Assembly (NCBI GenBank): GCA_026705925.1
Contig: JAPOZT010000008.1
Location: 68,217-132,216, forward strand
DNA length: 64,000 nucleotides
DNA from: Gemmatimonadota bacterium
GTDB lineage: Bacteria; JAAXHH01
Direction: 5' to 3'
The position numbers and the translations under genes were made by a program. The notes below the pieces were generated by a model. It had not been told where the DNA came from, searched no databases, and saw only the letters and a program-made list of their open reading frames with translations. Of the stretch, positions 9,552 through 18,366 are shown piece after piece. Within the stretch, counting starts at the first letter, position 1. Each line of letters begins with the position of its first letter.

Positions 9552-10538
9552 ATGATCATGGAATACCGCTATCTGGGCAAAACCGGCCTGCAGGTCTCGC
9601 CGATCTGCCTCGGTACCGCCTTCCGGGGCGCGATCGACGAGCACGCCGGCATCCGGGTGATCGAGACAGCCCTCGACCTGGGATGCAACTTCATCGACTC
9701 GGCGTTCTACGGGGAGGGGAGGTCCGAGAAGATCATCGGTAAAGCGCTCAAGGGCCGGCGCGAACACGTCGTGCTGTGCACCAAGATCTTCGGCACCGCG
9801 GGCAAGGGACCCAACTTCACGGGGCTTTCACGGTTCAACCTGATGCAGGGCGTGGAAAAAAGCCTGAAACGACTGCAGACTGACTACATCGATCTCTACC
9901 TGGCCCACAGCTTCGACCCGGTCACGCCGCTCGAGGAAACCCTTTCGACCTTTGACGACCTCGTCCGGCAGGGCAAGGTCCGGTACATCGGCTGCAGCAA
10001 CTGGCCGGTGTACAAGGTGGTGGATGCCCTCTGGACCAGCGACCGGCGCAACCTGGAACCCTTCGTCTGCCTGCAGTACAACTACAGCCTGCTGGCCCGG
10101 TGGGAGACCGAGCTCGAGCTCATGCCCATGGCCCGCGACCACGGGCTCGGACTCATGTGCTACAGCCCGCTGGCCATCGGCCTGCTGACCGGCCAGTTCC
10201 GCCGCGGGGCCGTACCGCCCGAGAACAGTCCCTGGGGGAAGAACCCCCGCCCGGGTCTTAGCCGCTCGAAGTATCCCTTCGACGAGGCCATGACCGACAA
10301 GCTGGACGGCATCGTGCAGACGCTGATCGACGTGGGGGAAAAGTACGGGAAGACGCCGGCCCAGGTTGCGCTGGCCTGGCTCCTGGACCACGAGGAAGTG
10401 ACGGCGCCGATTATCGGTCCGGATTTTCCCGAGCAGGTCGAGGAATCGCTGGGGGCCGTGGGATGGACGCTCGATCCGGAGGACCGCACCTTGCTGGACG
10501 AGGTCTCCGCTCCGGACCTTCCGGGCAAATACGCCTGA
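9552..10538 (+). CDS. aldo/keto reductase
   Basis: AKR signatures YRYLGKTGLQVSPICLGT and IDSAFYGEG. 328 aa. Confidence 0.85.
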   Translation: MIMEYRYLGKTGLQVSPICLGTAFRGAIDEHAGIRVIETALDLGCNFIDSAFYGEGRSEKIIGKALKGRREHVVLCTKIFGTAGKGPNFTGLSRFNLMQGVEKSLKRLQTDYIDLYLAHSFDPVTPLEETLSTFDDLVRQGKVRYIGCSNWPVYKVVDALWTSDRRNLEPFVCLQYNYSLLARWETELELMPMARDHGLGLMCYSPLAIGLLTGQFRRGAVPPENSPWGKNPRPGLSRSKYPFDEAMTDKLDGIVQTLIDVGEKYGKTPAQVALAWLLDHEEVTAPIIGPDFPEQVEESLGAVGWTLDPEDRTLLDEVSAPDLPGKYA

Positions 10539-10565
10539 GTGCGCCGAAAGGATGGCACCGACCCG

Positions 10566-10805
10566 TCAGCCGAAGGGTTCGTCCCGGTTCCCGGCGGGCG
10601 GCCTGCGCTTCTTCGCTTCCACCCTGGAGGCGTTGTAGATGGCTCGAATGCGGCGGAACTTCTGCGCGACGAGCGCGATGAACACCACCAGGATCACACC
10701 CAGGACGACCTGGTAGGCCGGGTTCTCCCAGCCCAGGATAACCGGCCAGAGCGCGAGGATGGCGAGGATGGTAAAGCCCGCTTCGAGTTTTTCTTTGGTC
10801 GTCAT
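10566..10805 (-). CDS. small membrane protein (two predicted TM helices), hypothetical
   Basis: MTTKEKLEAGFTILAILALWPVILGW...VVLGVILVVFIALVAQKF. No recognisable family. Confidence 0.4.
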   Translation of the reverse strand: MTTKEKLEAGFTILAILALWPVILGWENPAYQVVLGVILVVFIALVAQKFRRIRAIYNASRVEAKKRRPPAGNRDEPFG

Positions 10806-10871
10806 ATCCGACGTCTCTCTTCCGGAATTCAATGTCTCTCTTTCGGGCTCGCGGTACGAGCCCGCGTCCAA

Positions 10872-12536
10872 TCAGAAATCGAATTCCACTTCCACCAGCC
10901 GGTTCTCTCTCGAGGCCGTTTCACACCCCTCGATGAGTTGGATCGGACCCTTCGCCCATTCCCCCGTGATCTCCAGGGGCATGCCGGCGAGCAGGTGATC
11001 GGCCACATTCTTGTAATAACCTTGCCAGTTATGGCCGCGGTCGTACGGCTTGACCTCGACGACGCGGTGGCGGCCGTCGGCCGAGGCCATGGTCACCGTG
11101 CCCGCGCCGTCCCCACCTTCCATGACGATCGATCCGGCGGTTCCCTGGACGGTCCACATGGGCCTGCGGGACGCGTGGATGGATGAGGTCATGAACTGCG
11201 CCTCGACGCCCGCGTCGAAACGGGCGTAGGCCCGGCAGTAGTCCTCGTTGGTGCTGCTGTGCCAGACCCGCTTCATGTAGTTCCCGTAGAGCGTCGCCCG
11301 TTTGTTGATCCGGTTGCCCTGTCCGTCGTACCGCGGCACCAGCTGCAGGATCTTCTCGAAATTATGGGCGCCCCAGTCGTACATCGCCCCGCCGGAAACC
11401 GGCTTGTGGGACCGCCACGCCTGGCCCGGCAGACCGTACCCCACCAGGGCGCTTTCAATCGAATATACCTCGCCGATATCGCCCCGGTCGACGATCTCCT
11501 TCATCGACAGGATGTCGGGGTCCCAGTGCCGGTTATGGTACACCGAGATCATGACGCCCCGGTCCCTGGCCAGGCCGATCAACTCGTCCGCCTCGGAAAC
11601 CTTGACCGTGAAGGGCTTCTCCGTGATGACGTGCAGGCCCGCTTCAAGCAGCGGCTTCGCCACGGACGCGTGGTAGGCGTGGGGCACGATGACGATGGCG
11701 AGGTCGATGAGCCCGCTTTCGGCCATCTCAGCGGCATCCTCGAACATGGGCATTTCTTCGCCCTGCTCCTCCCGCGCCGCTTCCAGCCGGGCGGGGTCCC
11801 GGTCGCAGACCGCCCCCAGTTCGAACCCCCGCGTCGCGGCGATCTGCTCGCTGTGGTGCTTCCCCATGCCGAACAGTGGTCCGTAGCCCACCAGCCCGAT
11901 CCGGACGGGCGATCCATCGGTCATCCCGCACACGTAACGAAGCCCCTTGATCAACTGGTCCTGGAAGTCGGCATGGACGAAGGTGCGGTTGTCGTGGCCG
12001 AGGGCGGTGTAGAACACCCGTCCCTTTCCGTAATCCCGCAGGTAGCCCAAAGGCTGGCGTTCGAGTTTCCAAATGCCGTGCTGGAACCACCTGAGCGGCG
12101 CTTCCGTCTTGATGTCCATGTTGTAGCATTCGTCCTGGACGCGGAAACTCCGGCTCATGCGCGGCAGGATGTCGTCGAAGGCCGGATCGACTTCCACGTC
12201 GAAGTCGCCCAGCGGATCGTGACCGATGAACTCGGTGCCGATCATCTCGATGTAGTCGGCGTACTGCGCCAGGCCCGCGTTCGCGGTGTGCACGGCCAGC
12301 AATCCGCCGCCGTTCCGCACGTAGCCGGTGATCCCCTTTTCCTGGTCCCGGGTCAGTTCTCCGGACGCGATGTAGAGCGCCACGGCATCGTAATCCGACG
12401 GGTCGCAAAGCACGTTCCGGTCATCGGTAACGTCCAGGGTGAACTGCGAAGCGCCGTTCACGAGCCGCTCTAACATGGCAGCGAACTGGCTGAACGGCGG
12501 ACTGTGCGCGTTGATCAAGAGCAGGATGCGTTTCAC
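10872..12536 (-). CDS. fusion protein: ThuA-like (class I glutamine amidotransferase-like) domain plus Gfo/Idh/MocA oxidoreductase
   Basis: The N-terminal ~215 aa carry ThuA hallmarks (GGGLLAVHTA...RVFYTALGHD). The C-terminal part has a Gfo/Idh/MocA Rossmann fold and EKP (VRIGLVGYG...HVITEKPFT). Confidence 0.8.
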   Translation of the reverse strand: MKRILLLINAHSPPFSQFAAMLERLVNGASQFTLDVTDDRNVLCDPSDYDAVALYIASGELTRDQEKGITGYVRNGGGLLAVHTANAGLAQYADYIEMIGTEFIGHDPLGDFDVEVDPAFDDILPRMSRSFRVQDECYNMDIKTEAPLRWFQHGIWKLERQPLGYLRDYGKGRVFYTALGHDNRTFVHADFQDQLIKGLRYVCGMTDGSPVRIGLVGYGPLFGMGKHHSEQIAATRGFELGAVCDRDPARLEAAREEQGEEMPMFEDAAEMAESGLIDLAIVIVPHAYHASVAKPLLEAGLHVITEKPFTVKVSEADELIGLARDRGVMISVYHNRHWDPDILSMKEIVDRGDIGEVYSIESALVGYGLPGQAWRSHKPVSGGAMYDWGAHNFEKILQLVPRYDGQGNRINKRATLYGNYMKRVWHSSTNEDYCRAYARFDAGVEAQFMTSSIHASRRPMWTVQGTAGSIVMEGGDGAGTVTMASADGRHRVVEVKPYDRGHNWQGYYKNVADHLLAGMPLEITGEWAKGPIQLIEGCETASRENRLVEVEFDF

Positions 12537-12570
12537 GGCGGTCCCTTCTCAGGCGGGTGGAAGACTAGTA

Positions 12571-12607
12571 GGATTCAGGATTCAGGTTTCAGGTTTCAGG
12601 TATCAGG
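12571..12607. repeat. tandem heptamer repeat (TTCAGGW)x5
   Basis: ggattcaggattcaggtttcaggtttcaggtatcagg lies in the intergenic spacer between two minus-strand genes. Confidence 0.8.
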
Positions 12608-13403
12608 CTGCCGCCTGCCGTTCGGCGTCCAGCGTGACCCGGATGCCGAACCTCAGATAGCCCAGGGAAAGCAGTACGCATGCAGGCCACCAGAACCAGT
12701 CCGGCAGCGGAGATTCCATGAGCATGTGCACGGTGTCCAGCACAATGGCCGGCGTAATGGCGATGATGGCCAGGTTCAGAAGCGTGCGGTACGGCAGCGC
12801 CCCTCCGGCGGACGCCGTGAAAAAGGAAGCCACGTAGGCGTACAGCAGCGTCTGCACGGTCCGGTACGCGTAGGACAGCACGAGCAGTATGGGAAAGAGC
12901 AGCGTATTGACCAGGGACCGGGTCCAGTCGGCGATTATGTACAGGTCTTCCCGGGTCAGCGTCTCCGGTGGTCCGTCCGGCAGGGAAGTCACGTCGACCT
13001 GGTCGCCCTCTCCCCGGATGAAGATCTGGGTACGCGTTACCAGCACCGGCGCCTCGGTATCTTCCAGGCTGGTGTACCGTCCGGTGGGGTCGATGACGGC
13101 CAGCACCGTCCCGTCACGGTCGCGCAGGAGCGTCGGCTCGGACGAGGACGAGGACAGTTCGCCGCCGGACAGGCTGAGATCGGGGACCTGGTCGATATAA
13201 AAAGGGGCTTCCCGGCTGACCCATTCATCCACCTGGTTCTGCATCTGGAGGGTGAAAGGAATCCAGGTCAATGCCAGCAGCAAAAGGAGGTACAGAAAGG
13301 TCCGGTTCCGCCAGTGCCGGGCCGCATCCTCGTAAATCGCCCCGTCGTAGAAGGCCATCCAGAGCGGATGCAGCAAACTGAATCGGCGCATGTGTCCTCT
13401 CAT
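12603..13403 (-). CDS. polytopic membrane protein, hypothetical
   Basis: Several hydrophobic helices and an S-rich loop. No confident family. Confidence 0.5.
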   Translation of the reverse strand: MRGHMRRFSLLHPLWMAFYDGAIYEDAARHWRNRTFLYLLLLLALTWIPFTLQMQNQVDEWVSREAPFYIDQVPDLSLSGGELSSSSSEPTLLRDRDGTVLAVIDPTGRYTSLEDTEAPVLVTRTQIFIRGEGDQVDVTSLPDGPPETLTREDLYIIADWTRSLVNTLLFPILLVLSYAYRTVQTLLYAYVASFFTASAGGALPYRTLLNLAIIAITPAIVLDTVHMLMESPLPDWFWWPACVLLSLGYLRFGIRVTLDAERQAAA

Positions 13404-13433
13404 CCTCCCGGCCGGTCGCCGCGGCGCGAAATC

Positions 13434-14561
13434 CTAAACCGAATTGGCTACCGAGCCGTCCGACCTGAGCAACGTGTTCGCGGTATTCATCGGGGTGAAA
13501 ACCGCGCCCTCCAGCCGTTTGTCGTCCAGTTCGACACCCAGGCCCGGGTCCCGGGGAATGGGGATGTAACCGCCTTCCCGGCGTATGTTGGTCCGGTACA
13601 ATTTGCTGGCTTCCGTTTCATCGCCCATGCTGTACTCCTGGGTCACGAAATTGGGGATGCTGGTATCCAGGTGTACGGAAGCGGCGGTGATGAGGGGCGT
13701 CAGGAAATTGTGGGTCACGACGGCGCAGTGGTGGGCTTCGGCGATGGCCGCGATCTTCTTGCAGTGGGTCAGGCCGCCGGCGAGGGCCACGTCCGGCCGC
13801 ACGTACTGAGGCCCCCCGTGTGCCAGGAGTTCCTGGAATTCCCAGATGGTGTTCAGGCGTTCTCCGTTCCCGACGGGTATCCCGATCCGCCGGGCGATTT
13901 CTCCCTGGGCCATGATGCTGTCGATCTGGATGGGGTCCTCGATGAAATAGAGGTTGAATTCGGTCAGCGCGTTGGCCAGGGGCATGGCGGTCAGCGGCGT
14001 CAGCTTGCGGTGGACCTCCACGATGAGATCCATGTCGGAACCGCCGCCTTCGCGGGCTGCCGCGACGAGATCCCGGGCGGTGCGGATCATCCGGTCCAGG
14101 GCCATGTCCTGGTAGCCGCCCGGCAGGGGATCGAACTTGAGCGCCGTGAAGCCTTCCGACGCCGCGTTCCTGGCCGATTCGAGCATGGCCTCCGGGGTGC
14201 TGCCGCCGCCCAGCAGGTGCAGCCTGACCCGGTCCCGGCAGTTCCCACCGAGCAGTTCCCAGATCGGTACGCCGAAGTGCTTGCCCTTGATGTCCCACAG
14301 GGCGATGTCGACGGCGCTGACGGCCCCGGACAGGGCGCTTCCCCGGAAGGGCGACATGCGGTAGAGATACTGCCAGTGATGCTCGATGCGGAACGGGTCC
14401 TGCCCGACCAGATAATCCTTGAACCGCTCCACGATCTGGTGCACGGCTTCGGGATATCCCCAGCAGGCTGTCTGGCCGACCCCGGTGAGTCCGCTGTCGG
14501 TCCGGACGCGGATGACGTATCCGCCGCCGATGAAGTACGAGGCGATGTCTTCTATTTTCAC
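13434..14561 (-). CDS. enolase-superfamily (MR/MLE) sugar-acid dehydratase, D-mannonate/galactonate dehydratase-like
   Basis: MKIEDI...VIRVRTDSGLTGVGQT N-terminal capping domain, and a barrel with a KFDP...EDP metal-ligand pattern. Confidence 0.8.
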   Translation of the reverse strand: MKIEDIASYFIGGGYVIRVRTDSGLTGVGQTACWGYPEAVHQIVERFKDYLVGQDPFRIEHHWQYLYRMSPFRGSALSGAVSAVDIALWDIKGKHFGVPIWELLGGNCRDRVRLHLLGGGSTPEAMLESARNAASEGFTALKFDPLPGGYQDMALDRMIRTARDLVAAAREGGGSDMDLIVEVHRKLTPLTAMPLANALTEFNLYFIEDPIQIDSIMAQGEIARRIGIPVGNGERLNTIWEFQELLAHGGPQYVRPDVALAGGLTHCKKIAAIAEAHHCAVVTHNFLTPLITAASVHLDTSIPNFVTQEYSMGDETEASKLYRTNIRREGGYIPIPRDPGLGVELDDKRLEGAVFTPMNTANTLLRSDGSVANSV

Positions 14562-14928
14562 GTAGGATGCCTTTCGTGTCGGACCGGCGGAGACCGGCGG
14601 CCGGCGGCCGTCATTCGGCTGTCGGACCGGTACAGGATGCGGCTGCCCTCCGTACCGGCAGCTGTCAGCGGCAGCCGGCCGCTTACGTACAGACCCTTAC
14701 CAAATAAGCGGGGTTCCATCCACCCCGCAACCAGAAATCGGCACTGCGGTCAGCAATCTTTCAAAATGCAGTTTTTACTTGAAGACCCTCTTGTGTCCTC
14801 TGTATACTCTGATTACAGATTATACACGCGATTCGCTGTTTTTCCAGCCCCCCGGCCCGGTCCGACGCGGTGGTTTGCACCTCATATTCCGTCGGAGCGT
14901 GCCGGAGGTATCATTCAGGAGATACACC

Positions 14929-16353
14929 ATGATTACGGAAGAGTCCGGTTTTAACTTCGATCCGAAATACGAAGATCCGGAAAAGCTGAAAGCGTTGTCC
15001 CGCAGAGGGTTTATGGGCCGGATCGCGGGCGGGCTCGCCGCAGGAACGGCCCTCCTGTCCATGACCGGAAAGGCCCGGGCGAAGCCGCCGATGCCCGAAG
15101 ACCACCTCCCGGAACCCGACGACGTGGCGTACTGGAACTGGGTGGCCGACCAGTACATCATCCGCGACGGCGTTTCCTTCATGAACACCGGGACGCGCGG
15201 ACCGTCCCCTGGTCCGGTGCACCGGGCGCAGATCGCCGCGCTGGAAGGCGCGAACTCGGATTACAAGAGCTACACCAGCTACGTCTACAACAGCGACTTC
15301 CGGGCACGGATGCGGGAGAAGATGGCGAAGTACCTCGGCTGCAAGTCGAACGAAGTCGCCTTCACCAACAACACGACCGAAGGCATGGTCTTCGGCACCT
15401 TCGGCATCGACATGGAGCCGGGCGATGAGATCGTGACAACCAATCACGATCATTCCAGCGGCGTGCAGCCCATCAACCTCCGGGCCGTCCGCCAGGGAAC
15501 GAAAACCGTCATGATCGACCTCTCGTCCCCCGAGTACCACCCGCCCGACAGTCCCGACGCGCTGCTCAAGGCCTTCGAGGCCGCCATCACGCCGCGCACG
15601 AAGATGCTCAGCTTCTGCCACATCAACTACGGCGACGGACTCGTCCTCCCCGTGAAGGAAATCTGCGAGATGGCCCGTTCAAAGGGCATCATTACGCTGG
15701 TCGATGGGGCGCAGCCCCCGGGCATGCTCGACCTGAACATGCACGACCTGGGTTGTGACATGTACGCGGGGCCGTGCCACAAGTGGATGATGGCCTCCAT
15801 GTACACGGGTTTCTTCTACGTGAAAGAGGATATCCTGGACCAGGTATGGCCGACCCTGTACGCCGGTCCGATAAACGGCCTGACCATGTACGGGCAGGAA
15901 CCCACGGGCTTCGCCAAGGTGTTCTACGAAGAATACCTGGCAGGCGCCTCCAAGTTCGAACTGCGGGGTTCCTCCAACGCCCCGGCCCGGGTCGCCATCG
16001 ACGCGGCACTGGACTTCCACAACATGATCGGACCGGCCGCCGTCGAGAGCCGGAACCGCTACCAGGCCACGCGCGTGGCCAATGCCCTGCGCAACATGGA
16101 CGGCGTGGAAGTATACAGTTCGCCCGATCCCCGCATGAGCGCGGCGCTCGTTTCGTTCAAGGTCACCGGCGTGGGTACGCGCGATGTCAACGACATGCTG
16201 TGGGATCGCCACCGTATCTACATCCGGAACGTCACGCACGACGAGATCAATTGGGACGCCAACCGGACGTCGATGCATATCATGGTGACCGACGCGCAGA
16301 CCGACCAGTTCATCGGCGCCATCGAGGAAATCGCGAAGGAGAAGCGCCTGTAG
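14929..16353 (+). CDS. class V aminotransferase-fold PLP-dependent enzyme with twin-arginine (Tat) signal peptide
   Basis: RBS AGGAGA before ATG 14929. SRRGFMGRIAGGLAAGTALLSMTGKARA is a Tat signal. The body matches the aminotransferase V family. Confidence 0.75.
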   Translation: MITEESGFNFDPKYEDPEKLKALSRRGFMGRIAGGLAAGTALLSMTGKARAKPPMPEDHLPEPDDVAYWNWVADQYIIRDGVSFMNTGTRGPSPGPVHRAQIAALEGANSDYKSYTSYVYNSDFRARMREKMAKYLGCKSNEVAFTNNTTEGMVFGTFGIDMEPGDEIVTTNHDHSSGVQPINLRAVRQGTKTVMIDLSSPEYHPPDSPDALLKAFEAAITPRTKMLSFCHINYGDGLVLPVKEICEMARSKGIITLVDGAQPPGMLDLNMHDLGCDMYAGPCHKWMMASMYTGFFYVKEDILDQVWPTLYAGPINGLTMYGQEPTGFAKVFYEEYLAGASKFELRGSSNAPARVAIDAALDFHNMIGPAAVESRNRYQATRVANALRNMDGVEVYSSPDPRMSAALVSFKVTGVGTRDVNDMLWDRHRIYIRNVTHDEINWDANRTSMHIMVTDAQTDQFIGAIEEIAKEKRL

Positions 16354-16448
16354 TCCATTGCAATCCGTAATCCGTTATACCGGTATACTATGATGGTGGC
16401 TATCCAGGTTTGTACTTTTTTGAACGGCAAGCTCCGTAGGGAGGCGTA

Positions 16449-16856
16449 ATGGCCTATCTGCGTCACCTCGCACTGCGGTGCCGGGACGTGTCGGTCTCGC
16501 AGCGTTTCTACGAGGATGTGATCGGCTTTACCTTTATCGGCCGGCGGGGCAACGGCGAGGCCGTCGATCTCAGCGACGGCACCGCCAACATCACGCTGCT
16601 GCCCCATGACGATCCGTCGCGGCCCACGCTCGAGGAAGGCGAGGAGTACATCCATTTCGGCGTGCTGGTGGACGACCTCCACGCCGCCTGGCACAGGGTC
16701 CGGAACTGGGGTGCCGAAGCGCCGAAGACCGTGAAGGGCCGGGACGCCATCTCCTCCGATACCCCGCCGGAGATCGCTTTCAAGGCCATCGATCCCGACG
16801 GCAACATCGTAGACATCTCCGGTGACCGGGACGAGTGGCGTGGCGTGAAGATATGA
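16449..16856 (+). CDS. VOC (glyoxalase/bleomycin resistance/dioxygenase) family protein
   Basis: Glyoxalase-like fold pattern (LRHLALRCRDVSVSQRFYEDVIGF...HFGVLVDDL). Confidence 0.75.
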   Translation: MAYLRHLALRCRDVSVSQRFYEDVIGFTFIGRRGNGEAVDLSDGTANITLLPHDDPSRPTLEEGEEYIHFGVLVDDLHAAWHRVRNWGAEAPKTVKGRDAISSDTPPEIAFKAIDPDGNIVDISGDRDEWRGVKI

Positions 16857-16891
16857 CCAAGGGTTGATTCCCCGGATTCGATCAACCTCCT

Positions 16892-18250
16892 ATGCGTATG
16901 TTCAGATCGGCCGCCCTTTCCATTGACAAAACCTTCGCGAGGGCGGCCGAGTTATTTGATTTCTCCCGTGGACGCATCCCGCCCGGCACCCTCGTTGCTG
17001 CCCTCTGGCCGGGCATCGTCCGGTCCCTGGTGCGCCAGTTCAGTCAAGGCATAGCCGGGGTCACCGGAACGAACGGAAAGTACACGACCTGCCGGATCCT
17101 GGCCGCGATTCTGCGGCAGTCCGATGCCCGGACACTCTACCCGGAAGACATTGCCCCATCCATTGACGAAGTGGTCTCCACCCTGGTCCGGGCGACCGAT
17201 CACCGCGGCAGGATCCATGCGGACTTCGGCGTGTTCGGATTCGAGACCGGCATGCTCGACCGGGCGATCAAGGTGTGCAGCCCCGGTACGCTTGTACTGA
17301 ACAACCTGTACGACGACGAATCGACCCAGGGGGTTGACCGCGCTGCCCTGATCGGGACATGGTGCGAGTGGTTCGGCACCATGTCCGCCGGACAGCATAT
17401 CCTCGTCAATGCCGACGATCCGGTCCTCTGCGGCGGATTCACACGCGGCGTGCCGCCCCGGTTGACCTACTACGGAGTGGAGGATGAACGCCTGCACCTG
17501 GCGGATGCGGTCCCCCCCGAGGTGCCCTGTCACCGGTGCGGCGTCCCCCTGTCCTACCGCATCACCAGCCTGGCCCACCTGGGCGACTACGCCTGCAAAG
17601 GCTGCGGTTGGGAAAGGCCGCTGCCCACGGTCTACGCCATCGATGTGGACCTGGGACCGGATGAATCGAACTTCCGGATCATCACCCCGCGGGGGCCTCT
17701 GGACGTGTGCCTCCGCCTGTCCGGGCTGCACAACGTGTACAACGCCGTGGCGGCTGCGGCGGCCGCGTTATCCCTCGGCCTGAGTCCCGTGACGATACGC
17801 AAGGGCCTCGAATCCGTGAGGTCCGCCGGAGGACGGGACGAACGGCTGGTGATTCATGACCGGCAAGCCCGCCTGATGACAATCAAGAACAGGACTTCAT
17901 TTCACGAAGCGCTCAGGACCTGCCGGCTGGACCGGCAGCGGGGCCATTTCCTGTTCCTGCTGGACGAGTCCGTATGGGCTGGACGCGACGGGCCGTGGAT
18001 CGTGGACGAAGACCTGGAAGGCATGGTGGACGGTTCGAGGTCCGTGCACGTCGCCGGCGCAGGAGGCGCGCACCTGGCCTTGATGGACGAGCAGATGGAC
18101 GCGGAGTACATGGCTTCGGCCCCGGACGTCAGCGACGTATTCCACGACATCATGCGGCGGCTCACCCCGGGCGACCGCCTGTGGGTCCTGGCGACCGAAA
18201 GCGCCATGAACGCGGTCAGGCGGGAACTGAGGGACATGGGGATCATCTGA
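16892..18250 (+). CDS. murT: Mur ligase family protein, MurT-like (lipid II isoglutaminyl synthase subunit-like) with CxxC-x19-CxxC zinc ribbon
   Basis: Mur ligase P-loop GVTGTNGKYTT. Zinc ribbon VPCHRCGVPLSYRITSLAHLGDYACKGCGWERP. C-terminal DUF1727-like region. Confidence 0.7.
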   Translation: MRMFRSAALSIDKTFARAAELFDFSRGRIPPGTLVAALWPGIVRSLVRQFSQGIAGVTGTNGKYTTCRILAAILRQSDARTLYPEDIAPSIDEVVSTLVRATDHRGRIHADFGVFGFETGMLDRAIKVCSPGTLVLNNLYDDESTQGVDRAALIGTWCEWFGTMSAGQHILVNADDPVLCGGFTRGVPPRLTYYGVEDERLHLADAVPPEVPCHRCGVPLSYRITSLAHLGDYACKGCGWERPLPTVYAIDVDLGPDESNFRIITPRGPLDVCLRLSGLHNVYNAVAAAAAALSLGLSPVTIRKGLESVRSAGGRDERLVIHDRQARLMTIKNRTSFHEALRTCRLDRQRGHFLFLLDESVWAGRDGPWIVDEDLEGMVDGSRSVHVAGAGGAHLALMDEQMDAEYMASAPDVSDVFHDIMRRLTPGDRLWVLATESAMNAVRRELRDMGII

Positions 18251-18252
18251 GC

Positions 18253-18366
18253 GGGGCCGTCAGTTTCAGGGCGGCCGTCAGTTCCAGCGGGGCCGTCAGT
18301 TTCAGGGCGGCCGTCAGTTCCAGCGGGGCCGTCAGTTCCAGGGCGGCCGTCAGTTCCAGGGCGGCA
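18253..18366. repeat. tandem 18-nt repeat (GGCCGTCAGTTYCAGSGS) x ~6
   Basis: Near-perfect contiguous copies directly after the murT-like stop (18250), overlapping the 3' end of the convergent PhyH gene. Confidence 0.85.

Noticed and set aside
14562-14928. 367-nt leader of the Tat-aminotransferase as a known riboswitch (TPP/glycine/cobalamin)
   Set aside because: No recognisable conserved riboswitch core motifs could be identified by eye. Kept only as a suggestion to run Rfam.
18253-18366. Tandem repeats as possible CRISPR arrays
   Set aside because: Copies are contiguous with no spacers. The period is 7-18 nt, far shorter than CRISPR repeats, and no cas genes are present.
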